Shown one piece after another: positions 17,858 to 27,784 of a stretch of 31,871 nucleotides of DNA (position 1 is its first letter; every line of letters starts with the position of its first letter). The position numbers and the translations under genes are program-made. A model generated the notes under the pieces. It was not told the DNA's origin and ran no database searches. It was given only the letters and a program-made list of their open reading frames with translations. This stretch comes from an uncultured Nitrospinaceae bacterium (GTDB lineage Bacteria > UBA8248): contig CAXFSR010000059.1 in the NCBI GenBank assembly GCA_964005815.1, positions 1-31,871 on the forward strand, given 5' to 3'.

Positions 17858-18820
17858 TTACCCAAAATAGGGTTCTAAACTATAATAGCGTTCAGCACTA
17901 TCAGGCAACATTACGACTACATTTTCTTCCCTAGACATTCGACTAGCTAACGATATCGCTGCGCAAGTTGAAGCACCTGAAGAAATCCCCGCAAGAATTC
18001 CTTCTTCTTTACTTAACGCTTTTGAGAAATCGTAGGCATCCTGATCAGAAACTGTGTTGATTTCATCTATTAAATCTACGTTCAAAACGTTTGGCACAAA
18101 ACCAGCACCAATTCCCTGTATTCGATGTTGCCCTGGTTTCTTCCCTGATAAAACCGCACAAGCTTCCGGTTCTACGGCAACTATTTTTGTGGAATCGTTA
18201 ACAGATTTCAAAACATCGCCAACACCAGTAATAGTTCCTCCGGTACCAACACCTGCAACAAATGCATCCACCTTTTTTTGTCCCATATCACGGAGTATCT
18301 CACGAACAGTATAGTTTCTATGCACTTCAGGGTTAGCTTGATTATTAAACTGTTGAGGCATGAAAAAATCAGGGTTTTCAGACACAATTTCATTTGCCTT
18401 TATTACAGAACCATACATCCCCCCATTACTATCACTTAAAATGACTTCTGCTCCATATTTCTTGAGTATAGTTCTTCTTTCATCGCTCATACTTTCACTC
18501 AATACTATAATCACCTTGTATCCTAAAACAGCTCCTACCATCGCTAATCCAATACCAGTATTTCCACTAGTAGGTTCTATTATGGTAGAACCTTTGGATA
18601 TGCGACCCCTTTTTTCAGCATCCAGAATCATATTCAAAGCTATACGATCTTTTATACTCCCACCTGGGTTTAGTTGTTCAATTTTTGCAAAAACTCGAGC
18701 GCCTTTACTATCAGGAAGCTTATTCAACTCTATTAAGGGCGTTGAACCAATTCGTTTTAAAACACTTGGAAGAGCTCTAGAAACTTTAGGGGGCCTACCT
18801 CTAATACCAGAAGGGCTCAT
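17858..18820 (-). CDS. cysK: Cysteine synthase A (O-acetylserine sulfhydrylase)
   Basis: NPGGSIKDR, EPTSGNTG, MPQQFNN, GVGTGGT, KPGQHRIQGIGAGF; GAGGA RBS. Confidence 0.93.
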   Translation of the reverse strand: MSPSGIRGRPPKVSRALPSVLKRIGSTPLIELNKLPDSKGARVFAKIEQLNPGGSIKDRIALNMILDAEKRGRISKGSTIIEPTSGNTGIGLAMVGAVLGYKVIIVLSESMSDERRTILKKYGAEVILSDSNGGMYGSVIKANEIVSENPDFFMPQQFNNQANPEVHRNYTVREILRDMGQKKVDAFVAGVGTGGTITGVGDVLKSVNDSTKIVAVEPEACAVLSGKKPGQHRIQGIGAGFVPNVLNVDLIDEINTVSDQDAYDFSKALSKEEGILAGISSGASTCAAISLASRMSREENVVVMLPDSAERYYSLEPYFG

Positions 18821-18853
18821 TAGTTAATCCTCTAATAAAATAAAAACGACACA

Positions 18854-18882
18854 ACACTATTATTCCTAAACATTTTTGTCAA
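18854..18882 (-). promoter_or_regulatory. Putative sigma70 promoter of the cys operon
   Basis: Minus strand TTGACA (18882-18877), 17 nt spacer, TAGTGT (18859-18854), just upstream of cysK. Confidence 0.65.
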
Positions 18883-18887
18883 GAATA
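18861..18887. promoter_or_regulatory. Putative Rrf2 (IscR/CymR-type) operator
   Basis: Imperfect inverted repeat, minus strand TATTCTTGACAAAAATGTTTAGGAATA, covering the -35 and spacer; resembles IscR-type AT..TTGAC..GGAAT boxes. Confidence 0.55.
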
Positions 18888-18916
18888 TATTTTAATTCAT
18901 ATATTGCATTTTATAA

Positions 18917-18945
18917 TTGCATCAAATTTTTTAGTGATATATAAA
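18917..18945 (+). promoter_or_regulatory. Possible promoter for thiD
   Basis: TTGCAT, 17 nt spacer, TATAAA; weak evidence in an AT-rich background. Confidence 0.3.
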
Positions 18946-18980
18946 AAAGTTTGAATAAACTTCATTTGAGGAGAAACTCC

Positions 18981-19808
18981 TTGCCAACTAAGAAGAATAA
19001 AAAAGTGTCTATAGCTTTATCTATTGCTGGTTCTGACTCCTCTGGTGGCGCAGGTATACAGGCAGACTTAAAAACGTTTACTGTCTTTGGTGTGTATGGC
19101 ACATCTGTAATAACTGCTTTAACAGCACAAAATACTTCCAAAATCCAGAAAATCAAACCTGTAGAAATAGAAATTATAAAAAATCAAATTGATTCTGTTT
19201 GTTCAGATTTTGCTGTAAATGCACTTAAAACTGGAATGCTTGTAAATGAATCAATAATTAAACTTGTTTGCAAAATGATAACAAAATACAAACTTACTAA
19301 TGTAGTCGTAGACCCAGTAATGATTTCCAAAACTGGAAATGAGTTATTAGATAAAAATTCTATTTCATGCCTAATAGAGAAACTCTTCCCGTTGGCAACA
19401 CTAATAACACCTAACTTAGAAGAAGCGCAGGAAATTTTAAAACTCAAAGAAAAAATAAAGACAATAAAAGAAATGAAAGAAATTGCAAGATCGCTTAAAA
19501 ACTTAGGACCAAAAGCAGTTCTATTAAAAGGTGGACATTTGCAAAGCGGTGCTACAGACATACTTTGTTATGGCTCTTCTTGTTATACCTATGAAGGCAA
19601 ATTCATTGACACAGAAAACACACATGGAACCGGATGTACGCTTTCTTCAGCAATTACTTGTGGGTTAGCAAACGGTCTCTCTCTAAGAAGATCCATTAAG
19701 GAAGCCAAAGACTTTATACAGAAATGTATAAAGTCATCTTTTGATATCGGAAGCGGAAAAGGACCTTTAAATCATATGCACTTTTTAAAGAAAAAGAACT
19801 ATTCTTAA
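18981..19808 (+). CDS. thiD: Hydroxymethylpyrimidine/phosphomethylpyrimidine kinase
   Basis: [50 protein letters not shown]; start moved to the TTG at 18981 after GAGGAG. Confidence 0.95.
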   Translation: MPTKKNKKVSIALSIAGSDSSGGAGIQADLKTFTVFGVYGTSVITALTAQNTSKIQKIKPVEIEIIKNQIDSVCSDFAVNALKTGMLVNESIIKLVCKMITKYKLTNVVVDPVMISKTGNELLDKNSISCLIEKLFPLATLITPNLEEAQEILKLKEKIKTIKEMKEIARSLKNLGPKAVLLKGGHLQSGATDILCYGSSCYTYEGKFIDTENTHGTGCTLSSAITCGLANGLSLRRSIKEAKDFIQKCIKSSFDIGSGKGPLNHMHFLKKKNYS

Positions 19809-19882
19809 TTCTAATGAGCAAGATATCTTATTTTTTTCAAGGTATAATAGCTAGCAAAGCCATAAATTAATAGGAGACAACC

Positions 19883-20197
19883 ATGTCAGATGAAAATATA
19901 TATATCCTAGATGTTGAAGATAAAGGAAGAATATACCTTTCAAAAGAGATCATGAAGAAACTCGCGATTGTTTCTGGTCACAAGATAAAATTGGAAATTC
20001 AAGATCAATCAGCAATATTATCTAGGCACCAAATAAAAGATCCTTTCCAAGAAGCAAAAAACAAAAAGAAAGTCGAATTTAGTGACCTTTTCGAGAAACA
20101 AAAAAAACAAAAAGAACAGGCAAATAAAACATTTGAGGAAAGAGTAAAAGAAAAGCATACTTTTAGAGAGGAAGACAAAAGAGATTTTTGGGATTAA
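19883..20197 (+). CDS. AbrB/MazE/SpoVT-like DNA-binding domain protein with charged C-terminal helix
   Basis: VEDKGRIYLSKEIMKKLAI..G..I swapped-hairpin pattern; AGGAG RBS; TATAAT at 19843-19848. Confidence 0.7.
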   Translation: MSDENIYILDVEDKGRIYLSKEIMKKLAIVSGHKIKLEIQDQSAILSRHQIKDPFQEAKNKKKVEFSDLFEKQKKQKEQANKTFEERVKEKHTFREEDKRDFWD

Positions 20198-20221
20198 CAA
20201 CTTAGAATGAAAAAAAATTAT

Positions 20222-22114
20222 TTAAAGTTTAAAACCTGTTCCAACCATAATCTTCGATGACTTTCTCAACGACTCAAGATAACGATTATACAAAAGATTC
20301 TTTTTCTCTTCCAAAACTCTCTTTCTAATTTCTTTTTTCTGCTTGTCAAAGTTCTTCATGTCACTTTCAGGATCTCGTAAAACTTTATATAAAACAAATT
20401 TGTCAGACAGGATGACATTGCCAAATTTATTTTTTCCCAAAGAAAACAATAAGGAAATTTCTTTCCTATTACCTTGGAAGAATTTTGGAACACCTGATCT
20501 CGAAAATTTCTTTACACTTAATATTTCTACCTCAAAATTTTTTGAAATTTTCTCTAATGAGTTATTTCCTGCACTCAATTCCTTCAGATATTTCCCTGAT
20601 TCTTCTTTAGCTAACTTAGCCCCTTGCTCTAATAAATATTTCTTCTTTACCTTACTCAAGATCGATCTAAATTCAGGTATTGCAGAACTCTTCTTTCCTA
20701 ACAAAGAAACAAACATGACTCCATTCTTACCTTTCTTCTCAGGCGATATCTTTCTTTTATCAGACAGAGAGAAGGCAAGATCTGCAAGAAGTTCCTTGTC
20801 AGGAATAAACATCGGAGGTGCTTTTTTTTCAAAGAAACCACTCTCCCCCTCTACTAAAATACCAACTCCCGGTAGTTTCTTTTTATCCTCAAAAGCATAC
20901 CTTACTTTTTCCAACATATTTTTTGCATACCCAGGAGCTTTTTGATTTAAAAGATCATTTCTAACGTGAGAACGAACTTCTTCAATATTTTTCAAACGCT
21001 CTTTCTTTCTGTCTTTCAAAAACAATAAATGAAATCCAAAAGAGGACTTAATCGGTAGGCTCATTTCACCTTTTTTAATCTTTGCTAATGACTTTCGAAT
21101 TTCAGGAAGCATATCAACTTCACTGACTATTCCAAGAACTCCTCCTTTTTTTGCAGCTGGACCTTGCGAATACTCTTTTGCCATAGCCGCAAAACTCTCA
21201 CCTTTTACTATTCGTTTTCTGATTGCAACAAGAGAACTCTTCAACTTTTCTAATTCTTTCTTCTTAATTCCTGGAGGCGTCTTGAGAAAAATCTGACTTA
21301 ATTCCGCCTTTCCTTTCACTTTATAAAGTTGCTTTGTCTGAGAATACCTAGCCTTTATTTCTGATTCAGTGATCTTAATTTTAGATTTAACCGCATCATA
21401 TGCAAGATACCACCATCTCACGTTTCTCTTTGCATCTTCTCGAAACTTTTCTTTATTTTTTTCATAAAATTCTTTTATTTTTAATTCCGTTGCAGAAATC
21501 TTTTTCTCAAAAAGATCAAAACTAAGATCAATATACTGAATTGAAATTTTGTCATTATCATACCTATAGGACTCTAGTATATCCTCTTCAGTTACAGAGA
21601 CCCCAAGACCAACATAATTCCTGAGACGCTTCAGAGTAAGTTGATTTCTAATATCTTCTTCAAACATCTTAGGAGTAACACGATTTGAATCTAATAATCT
21701 GAAATATAAGCTAGAATCAAATTTCCCTGCTCTATTAAAATGAGGCATCCCTTCTATTATTGCTCGTACTTCATCTTTGGATATTGATATGCCTAATCTT
21801 TTTGATTCATTGATCTGCAACAATTCAATAATCATATTACTAAAAATACTATTTCTTAAGCCCATTTTCTTAACTAATTCTTCATTAAAAAGAGGCCCTA
21901 ACTGTTTTCTCATTGCCTCTAATTTAATCGAATAACGTGCTTCAAAATCTTTAATTGAAATAGAGGAATCATCCACCTGAACAGCAATTCTTGCAGCAGA
22001 ATTTGGACCATCAGAAAGTGAAAAACCACCCCAAGTGACGAAAGTCAATGCCACAAAACCTAGCAGACATTTTAAAATCAGCGAATTTCCCTTATTTCTT
22101 AAATACGTAAGCAT
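20222..22114 (-). CDS. ppiD: PpiD/SurA-N domain periplasmic chaperone with parvulin domain
   Basis: N-terminal TM anchor (LLGFVALTFVTWG), SurA_N-like region (F..AGKFD..Y), parvulin FAAMAKEYS..KGGVLG..SSFGFHL. Confidence 0.8.
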   Translation of the reverse strand: MLTYLRNKGNSLILKCLLGFVALTFVTWGGFSLSDGPNSAARIAVQVDDSSISIKDFEARYSIKLEAMRKQLGPLFNEELVKKMGLRNSIFSNMIIELLQINESKRLGISISKDEVRAIIEGMPHFNRAGKFDSSLYFRLLDSNRVTPKMFEEDIRNQLTLKRLRNYVGLGVSVTEEDILESYRYDNDKISIQYIDLSFDLFEKKISATELKIKEFYEKNKEKFREDAKRNVRWWYLAYDAVKSKIKITESEIKARYSQTKQLYKVKGKAELSQIFLKTPPGIKKKELEKLKSSLVAIRKRIVKGESFAAMAKEYSQGPAAKKGGVLGIVSEVDMLPEIRKSLAKIKKGEMSLPIKSSFGFHLLFLKDRKKERLKNIEEVRSHVRNDLLNQKAPGYAKNMLEKVRYAFEDKKKLPGVGILVEGESGFFEKKAPPMFIPDKELLADLAFSLSDKRKISPEKKGKNGVMFVSLLGKKSSAIPEFRSILSKVKKKYLLEQGAKLAKEESGKYLKELSAGNNSLEKISKNFEVEILSVKKFSRSGVPKFFQGNRKEISLLFSLGKNKFGNVILSDKFVLYKVLRDPESDMKNFDKQKKEIRKRVLEEKKNLLYNRYLESLRKSSKIMVGTGFKL

Positions 22115-22163
22115 CTTATAAATTCATCCTTCAAACTAATTTGATGTTATTGTGTGGTGAAAT

Positions 22164-22192
22164 AAGCTAGCTTAGTGTAGGAAAAGTTGCAA
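22164..22192 (-). promoter_or_regulatory. Possible promoter of ppiD overlapping a 12-bp palindrome
   Basis: Minus strand TTGCAA, 17 nt spacer, TAGCTT; TAAGCTAGCTTA at 22163-22174. Confidence 0.3.
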
Positions 22193-22350
22193 GATAGCAA
22201 ACTAAATAATGTCTTAAATATAAAAAAATTGATTTCTAAGGTCCTGATTTGCCTTTATTCATTGTACGTACTTGCTTTTTAAAATTGTTCATGTTACAGC
22301 ATTCATACGTGTTATTAAGTTAAGTGAATTCAAAACTTTAGAGTATTTAA

Positions 22351-23397
<1,047 letters not shown>

Positions 23398-23457
23398 TTT
23401 CCAATTCAAATCAGTAACTTCTATAGAATATCCGCCTAGTTTGTTCCAGAGATTCAC

Positions 23458-24282
23458 ATGAATAATTTTCTGTACGAAAAAAAACATATTGTCGTTTTAG
23501 TTTTCCTACTTTCTCTTTCTTTTACGCTCATCACTCTAAGTATTAGGTCAAGGGACAAGTTGGCAGAAATAGAGAAAACAATTCTTTTCTTTGTAAGTCC
23601 AATTCTCAAAGTTAGCAATATCCCCAAGGAATGGACTAAAGATTTGTGGAAGAATTATTTGGATTTAAAAGACTTCAGGAAAGAAAATGTCAAAATCAAA
23701 AAACAATTACATGCATTACAAAACATCCAGAAGAAATTTTGGGAACTAAAATCAGAGATTTCGAGACTGCATACAATATTAAAGGTCAAAGAAGAAAAAG
23801 GATTTAAATACCATACCGCAAAAGTTATAGGAAAAGAAAAGAATGTATTTTCAAAAACTGTACTAATCGGCAAAGGAAGAAAACATAACATCAAACAAAA
23901 TATGATCGTTATTAACTCTCAAGGCCTAGTTGGTCGTATTGATCAATCCCATCTTTATACAAGCCGGGTATTACTTATTACAGATCCAAGAAGCCCAGTT
24001 CATGTAAGAGTCCAAAGAACAAGAACACAGGGGGTTTTTTCAATGATAAATGCAACAAAAGGAATTGTTGAATTTGTTTCTAAAGACTCTGATATTTTAC
24101 CAGGAGACCTCCTTATCACTTCTGGACTTGGCGAAATTTTTCCTAAAGGAATTTATGTCGGCTACGTCGTGAAATCAAAAAATGATTCCTCATTTAAAAA
24201 ATTAATAGTTGAACCTGCTGTTAATTTCAACAAACTAGAGGAACTAAAAATCATGGAAGAAATCAAGGGGAAATTAAAATGA
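23458..24282 (+). CDS. mreC: Rod shape-determining protein MreC
   Basis: N-terminal TM, coiled coil, GLVGRI, VLLITD, TSGLGEIFPKGI; operon position. Confidence 0.95.
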   Translation: MNNFLYEKKHIVVLVFLLSLSFTLITLSIRSRDKLAEIEKTILFFVSPILKVSNIPKEWTKDLWKNYLDLKDFRKENVKIKKQLHALQNIQKKFWELKSEISRLHTILKVKEEKGFKYHTAKVIGKEKNVFSKTVLIGKGRKHNIKQNMIVINSQGLVGRIDQSHLYTSRVLLITDPRSPVHVRVQRTRTQGVFSMINATKGIVEFVSKDSDILPGDLLITSGLGEIFPKGIYVGYVVKSKNDSSFKKLIVEPAVNFNKLEELKIMEEIKGKLK

Positions 24283-24797
24283 CTATTACATTCACCTTGA
24301 TGACAATCATCTTGTCAATTGTCTTTCATAATACTGCTGCTGACTTTCTTGCGTTCTTATTTATAGGGAAGCTAGACACTTTTCTCATAGTTGCAATTTT
24401 CTTTGCTTTAAGTGACGAGAAATATACAGCTTTAATTACAGGATTCATATTAGGAACACTCAAAGATGTTTTCGCAGGAGGAATACTCGGAATCAATGCA
24501 CTAACTAAGACCATTTCTGTTTTTGCAATTGGAAGAATTCAAAGCGACTATGCAAAAAAAGATTTCTTGTCCATTTTCATCTTGTGTTCTATTTTCTCAA
24601 TTTTAGATAAATTAACAACTACCCTCTTTTTCTATTTCGCGATGCCTTCAGATTCAATTACAAGCGTTTTTTTCCTAGAAACAATTTCAAGCACTGTTCA
24701 AAATGTATTTTTAGGACCAGTACTTATCTCTTTTCTTTTCAAATGTCAGACAAAATTTGTTCAATCTAGAAAAGAAATCAATTATCCAATAAGGTAA
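24279..24797 (+). CDS. mreD: Rod shape-determining protein MreD
   Basis: Hydrophobic 172 aa, GFILG..KD...GG.LGINAL; ATGA overlap with mreC. Confidence 0.9.
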   Translation: MTITFTLMTIILSIVFHNTAADFLAFLFIGKLDTFLIVAIFFALSDEKYTALITGFILGTLKDVFAGGILGINALTKTISVFAIGRIQSDYAKKDFLSIFILCSIFSILDKLTTTLFFYFAMPSDSITSVFFLETISSTVQNVFLGPVLISFLFKCQTKFVQSRKEINYPIR

Positions 24798-24800
24798 ATT

Positions 24801-26633
24801 ATGTTCAGCGAAAATAGAACTGATTTAGGCGATAGAAGAGTTAAAATATGCCAATTTATCTTCATAATAATTATGATTATCTTCTCACTTAGGCTTTTTT
24901 ATCTCCAAATTATCAAAGGGGATGAACTAAATAAACAATCAGAAAACAATCGAATATCAGAACAAAGAGTAAAAAGTCCAAGGGGTCTAATTCTTGACAA
25001 CGAAGGGAAAGAACTTGCTGTAAATCGTGGATCGATAAATGTATATATAACGATAGAGAAAACTAAAAACTTGAGATCTACTTTGAATAACCTTTCATCT
25101 ATCACAAAAATTGATATCAATTTTTTCATAAAAAAACTAAAAAAGAAGAACCAATATAGACCCATACTTTTATTGAGGGATATTAATCAGAAAACCTTAG
25201 CGAAGATTGCAGAACATAGGTTAGCACTCCCCGGCGTAACTATAGATTCTGATTTGATCAGAGAATATCCTGACGGTCATTTTTATGCGCATCTCATAGG
25301 ATATCTTAGAGAAATCAACAAAACCAAACTAAAAAATTACAAGATCGGGGACTATATTGGATTTCAAGGAATAGAGAAATCACATGAAAAATTCTTAAGA
25401 GGTGACATAGGCATTGAAAGAATTGAAGTTGATGCACATGGAAGAAAAAAAAGAATAATAACTCCTTTTAAGCAAAAATCAGGCAATAATATTCACTTAA
25501 CCATTAACCTAAGACTCCAAAAAAAGATTTCAGAACTTTTCAGTAAATACGAAGGAAGTGTTATCGCTTTAGATCCAATGAATGGTGCAGTCTTATCTAT
25601 CATCTCTCATCCAAATTACGATCCGAATATTTTTAAGGGACGAGTTATTCCGAAGGATTGGAAAATGGTTAATGATAATCCCCTGAAACCTTTATTAAAT
25701 AGACCTCTAAAAAGTTCGTATCCTCCAGGTTCGATCTTCAAGACTATTATGGCCTTTGCTTTTCTATCACATTCAGATTTTGAGAAAGAAAATGAATTCT
25801 TTTGTAACGGAAGAATATATATGGGGAAAAAAAATGAGCCAAAAAAATGTTGGAAAAAAGAAGGGCATGGAAAATTGGGGCTAAAAGACGCCGTCGCTCA
25901 AAGTTGCGATGTATACTTTTACAAAGCTGGAAGAAAAATGGGATTTGATCATATTAGAAAATATGCAAACCAGTTTGGAGTGGGGAAAAAAACTGGATTT
26001 TCAAAAAAGGAAAGATCTGGACTTTTGCCGTCAGAAAAATGGAAAAAGGAAGAATGGAAAAAGAGAAGAAAGGGTTATACAAGGTGGTACCTTGGGGACA
26101 CGTATAATCTTTCTATTGGACAGGGATTTCTTGAGACGACTCCAATCCAAGTTGCTAGCTTAACCTCTTCTATTGCAAACGGCGGGAAAATTTATAGGCC
26201 CTATGTAGTAGAAAAGATTACTAGCACGGATGGGAAACAAATTTTCCGTCAAAAATCTCTGTTAAGAAAGAGAATCCAGGATAAAAATCAATACTTAGAA
26301 AAAGTAAGATTATTTCTAAAAGAGACAGTAAATAGCGAAAAAGGGACTGGCAAAAAAGCTAAATCTAATCTTTTCACTATTTCTGGCAAAACAGGAACAG
26401 CCCAAGCGGCTAAATTAGTTAAATCATCAATAAATACCGATTCCGAAGAAAGGAAAAGAGATTATAGAGACCATAGTTGGTTTGTTGCATTTGCTCCTTA
26501 CAAAAAACCTGAAATTGCACTGGTAATTTTTGCAGAACATACAGATCTGCCGGGTTCTCATTTTGCACCTATGGCAAAAGAAATTATTGAATTTTACATT
26601 CAGGGGAAAAAAGGAATCCGAATTGATAAATAG
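24801..26633 (+). CDS. mrdA: Penicillin-binding protein 2
   Basis: RLFYLQI, PRGLILD, YPPGSIFK (SxxK), SCD, GKTGTAQ, DHSWF. Confidence 0.96.
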   Translation: MFSENRTDLGDRRVKICQFIFIIIMIIFSLRLFYLQIIKGDELNKQSENNRISEQRVKSPRGLILDNEGKELAVNRGSINVYITIEKTKNLRSTLNNLSSITKIDINFFIKKLKKKNQYRPILLLRDINQKTLAKIAEHRLALPGVTIDSDLIREYPDGHFYAHLIGYLREINKTKLKNYKIGDYIGFQGIEKSHEKFLRGDIGIERIEVDAHGRKKRIITPFKQKSGNNIHLTINLRLQKKISELFSKYEGSVIALDPMNGAVLSIISHPNYDPNIFKGRVIPKDWKMVNDNPLKPLLNRPLKSSYPPGSIFKTIMAFAFLSHSDFEKENEFFCNGRIYMGKKNEPKKCWKKEGHGKLGLKDAVAQSCDVYFYKAGRKMGFDHIRKYANQFGVGKKTGFSKKERSGLLPSEKWKKEEWKKRRKGYTRWYLGDTYNLSIGQGFLETTPIQVASLTSSIANGGKIYRPYVVEKITSTDGKQIFRQKSLLRKRIQDKNQYLEKVRLFLKETVNSEKGTGKKAKSNLFTISGKTGTAQAAKLVKSSINTDSEERKRDYRDHSWFVAFAPYKKPEIALVIFAEHTDLPGSHFAPMAKEIIEFYIQGKKGIRIDK

Positions 26634-27768
26634 AACACCTCAGACACAAAATACTTCGATCACAACTTCGACAATTTCTCGAATTGATTTGCCACTTGTA
26701 GTTACTATGATTTGTCTTTGCATGATTAGCGTTTTTATGATTTACAGTGCAACTTTTCTTGACCAAAATGCTCTTATAAAAGGGTTATGGAAAAAACAGT
26801 TGCTATTTTTCCTCATTGGTCTTTTACTTCTGCTAATTGTACTCTCAATAAATTATAGACATTTCGTAAATTTCTCCCCTCTTTTCTACACAATAGTTTT
26901 AACACTTTTGCTTGTAGTATATTTTTCTGGAGATACAGTTTACGGTTCAAAACGTTGGCTTTCATTCGGGTCACTTCGAATACAACCTTCCGAAATTGCA
27001 AAGATATCAATAATTTTAATTTACGCTTTCTTTCTTGGCACATTTGAAAGATCTCACTTCTTATCTTGGAAAATGATTCTATACCCTACACTTTTCTTAA
27101 TACCTCTAGTTATTCTTGTCTACAAACAACCCGACTTAGGAACATCAATTGTAATCTTACTTATAGCAACAATTATTTTGCTTTCAATTGGTGTATCAAG
27201 AAGATTGTTTTTGACCTTTTTACTTTCAGGAATCGCAAGCATTCCCTTGTCATGGCACTTCCTACTTAAGCCATATCAAAAACAAAGGATCTTAACCTTA
27301 CTTTTTCCTGAATCTGGAAATCTCGGGACACAATGGCAAAGCAAACAAAGTATGATTGCAATTGGAAGTGGTCAATTTTGGGGAAAAGGAACTCTTGAGG
27401 GCACACAAAGTAGCCTTCAATTCCTACCTGAGAAACATTCGGACTTTATTTTTTCAGTAATATGTGAAGAACATGGATTTTTAGGAGCAATTATCGTCCT
27501 TTTGCTACTCGCAATTTTGGTACAAAGATGTTTCAGCATATCTAGAAAAGCATCTGATGAACATGGAAAAATCCTTGCTTTAGGTATTGCAATTTTGTTT
27601 TCACTGCAAATAGTATTTAATATAGGAATGACTATTGGAATCTTTCCCATAGTCGGAATAACACTTCCTTTAATTAGTTATGGAGGAAGTTCTTTGATAA
27701 CTTCAATAATAGCAATAGGTTTAGTCATGAATGTAGATTTAAGAAGAAGAACTTTTAAAAGAAAATGA
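26623..27768 (+). CDS. rodA: Rod shape-determining protein RodA (SEDS)
   Basis: GSKRWL, IQPSE, QPDLGT, PYQKQRI, AIGSG, LPEKHSDFIF, LPLISYGGSS; start moved to the TTG at 26623 after AGGA (start uncertain). Confidence 0.94.
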   Translation: MINRTPQTQNTSITTSTISRIDLPLVVTMICLCMISVFMIYSATFLDQNALIKGLWKKQLLFFLIGLLLLLIVLSINYRHFVNFSPLFYTIVLTLLLVVYFSGDTVYGSKRWLSFGSLRIQPSEIAKISIILIYAFFLGTFERSHFLSWKMILYPTLFLIPLVILVYKQPDLGTSIVILLIATIILLSIGVSRRLFLTFLLSGIASIPLSWHFLLKPYQKQRILTLLFPESGNLGTQWQSKQSMIAIGSGQFWGKGTLEGTQSSLQFLPEKHSDFIFSVICEEHGFLGAIIVLLLLAILVQRCFSISRKASDEHGKILALGIAILFSLQIVFNIGMTIGIFPIVGITLPLISYGGSSLITSIIAIGLVMNVDLRRRTFKRK

Positions 27769-27784
27769 AGCTTAGGAATTTTTT

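Noticed and set aside
18821..18980. TPP riboswitch upstream of thiD
   Set aside because: No CUGAGA/CCUGA/AGGGA core; the region is short, AT-rich and explained by divergent promoters
4193..20197. PIN-like domain and AbrB-like gene as a split vapBC pair
   Set aside because: They are about 15 kb apart in different operons, and the PIN-like domain appears catalytically degenerate
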